This document shows, in pieces, positions 63,058-64,000 of a stretch of DNA of 64,000 bases (the stretch's first letter is position 1; each line of letters begins with the position of its first letter). A model generated the notes under the pieces. That model had not been told where the DNA came from, searched no databases, and saw nothing but the letters and a program-made list of their open reading frames with translations. The translations under genes were made by a program, and so were the position numbers. The DNA is from Macrostomum lignano (Eukaryota). Location of the stretch: the NCBI GenBank assembly GCA_002269645.1, contig NIVC01001995.1:1-64000 (forward strand). The letters run 5' to 3'.

Positions 63058-64000
63058 GCCATTCTCTATTGCAGAATCGCCATTCCCTAATTTAGAATCG
63101 CCATTCCCTATTCAGAATCGCCATTTCCTAACTCAGAATCACCATTCTCTAATTCAGAATCGCCATTATCTAATTTAGAATCGCCATTCTCTAATTCAGA
63201 ATCGCCATTCTCTAATTCAGAACTGCCATTTTCTTCTAATTCAGAATCGCCATTCTCTAATGAAGAATCGCCATTCTCTAATGCAGAATCGCCATTCTCT
63301 ATTGCAGAATCGCCATTCCCTAATTCAGAATCGCCATTCCCTATTCAGAATCGCCATTTCCTAACTCAGAATCACCATTCTCTAATTCAGAATCGCCATT
63401 CTCTAATTCAGAACTGCCATTTTCTTCTAATTCAGAATCGCCATTCTCTAATGAAGAATCGCCATTCTCTAATTCAGAATCGCCATTCTCTAATTCAGAA
63501 TCGCCATTCTCTAATGAAGAATCGCCATTCTCTAATTCAGAATCGCCATTCTCTAATTCAGAATCGCCATTCTCTAATGCAGAATCGCCATTCTCTATTG
63601 CAGAATCGCCATTCCCTAATTCAGAATCGCCATTTCCTAACTCAGAATCGCCATTCTCTATTGCAGAATCGCCATTCTCTAATTCAGAATCGCCATTCTC
63701 TAATTCAGAATCGCCATTCTCTAATTCAGAATCACCATTCTCTAATTCAGAATCGCCATTTCCTAAGTCAGAATCGCCATTCTCTAATTCAGAATCGCCA
63801 TTCTCTAATTCAGAATCGCCATTCTCTAATTCATAATCGCCATTCTCTAATTCAGAATCGCCATTCTCTAATTCAGAATCGCCATTCTCTATTCAGAATC
63901 GTCATTCTCTAACTCAGAATCGCCATTCTCTAATTCAGAATCGCCATTCTCTAATTCAGAATCGCCATTCTCTAATTCAGAATCGCCATTCTCTAATGCA
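63058..64000. repeat. 21-nt minisatellite CAGAATCGCCATTCTCTAATT in a RIMS intron (runs off the window)
   Basis: About 44 copies. Confidence 0.95.

Overview
Eukaryotic (metazoan) genomic DNA. Exons are very GC-rich and sit in AT-rich, transposon-littered spacers. Almost every long intron and spacer is filled by its own minisatellite or tetranucleotide array. This style resembles a free-living flatworm such as Macrostomum, which is my inference and not proven. Seven protein-coding loci can be reconstructed by hand with GT-AG boundaries and consistent phases. Plus strand: GTPBP10 (11557-15378, 4 exons), SFI1 (16242-21041, 4 exons), MRPS28 (23080-24051, intronless). Minus strand: an intronless type-I membrane protein with two TSP1 repeats (29092-30132), a C7orf31/SPMIP4-like ciliary protein (35341-47001), a NIPA-family Mg transporter (50254-55124) and the 3' exons of a RIM/unc-10 gene (61730-63032). 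Most long ORFs in the supplied track are artefacts of repeats or antisense GC-rich exons. Best leads: three Penelope-type minimal hammerhead ribozyme motifs, two of them inside a 320-bp palindrome; TA-to-TACATGTA insertions that look like Tc1/mariner excision scars; a possible trans-spliced GTPBP10-SFI1-MRPS28 operon; a NIPA start codon possibly supplied by a spliced leader; RFX X-boxes marking a probable internal promoter in SPMIP4; and an intron made of tandem decoy 3' splice sites. Family assignments come from recalled motifs; no database search was run. Repeat boundaries are approximate.
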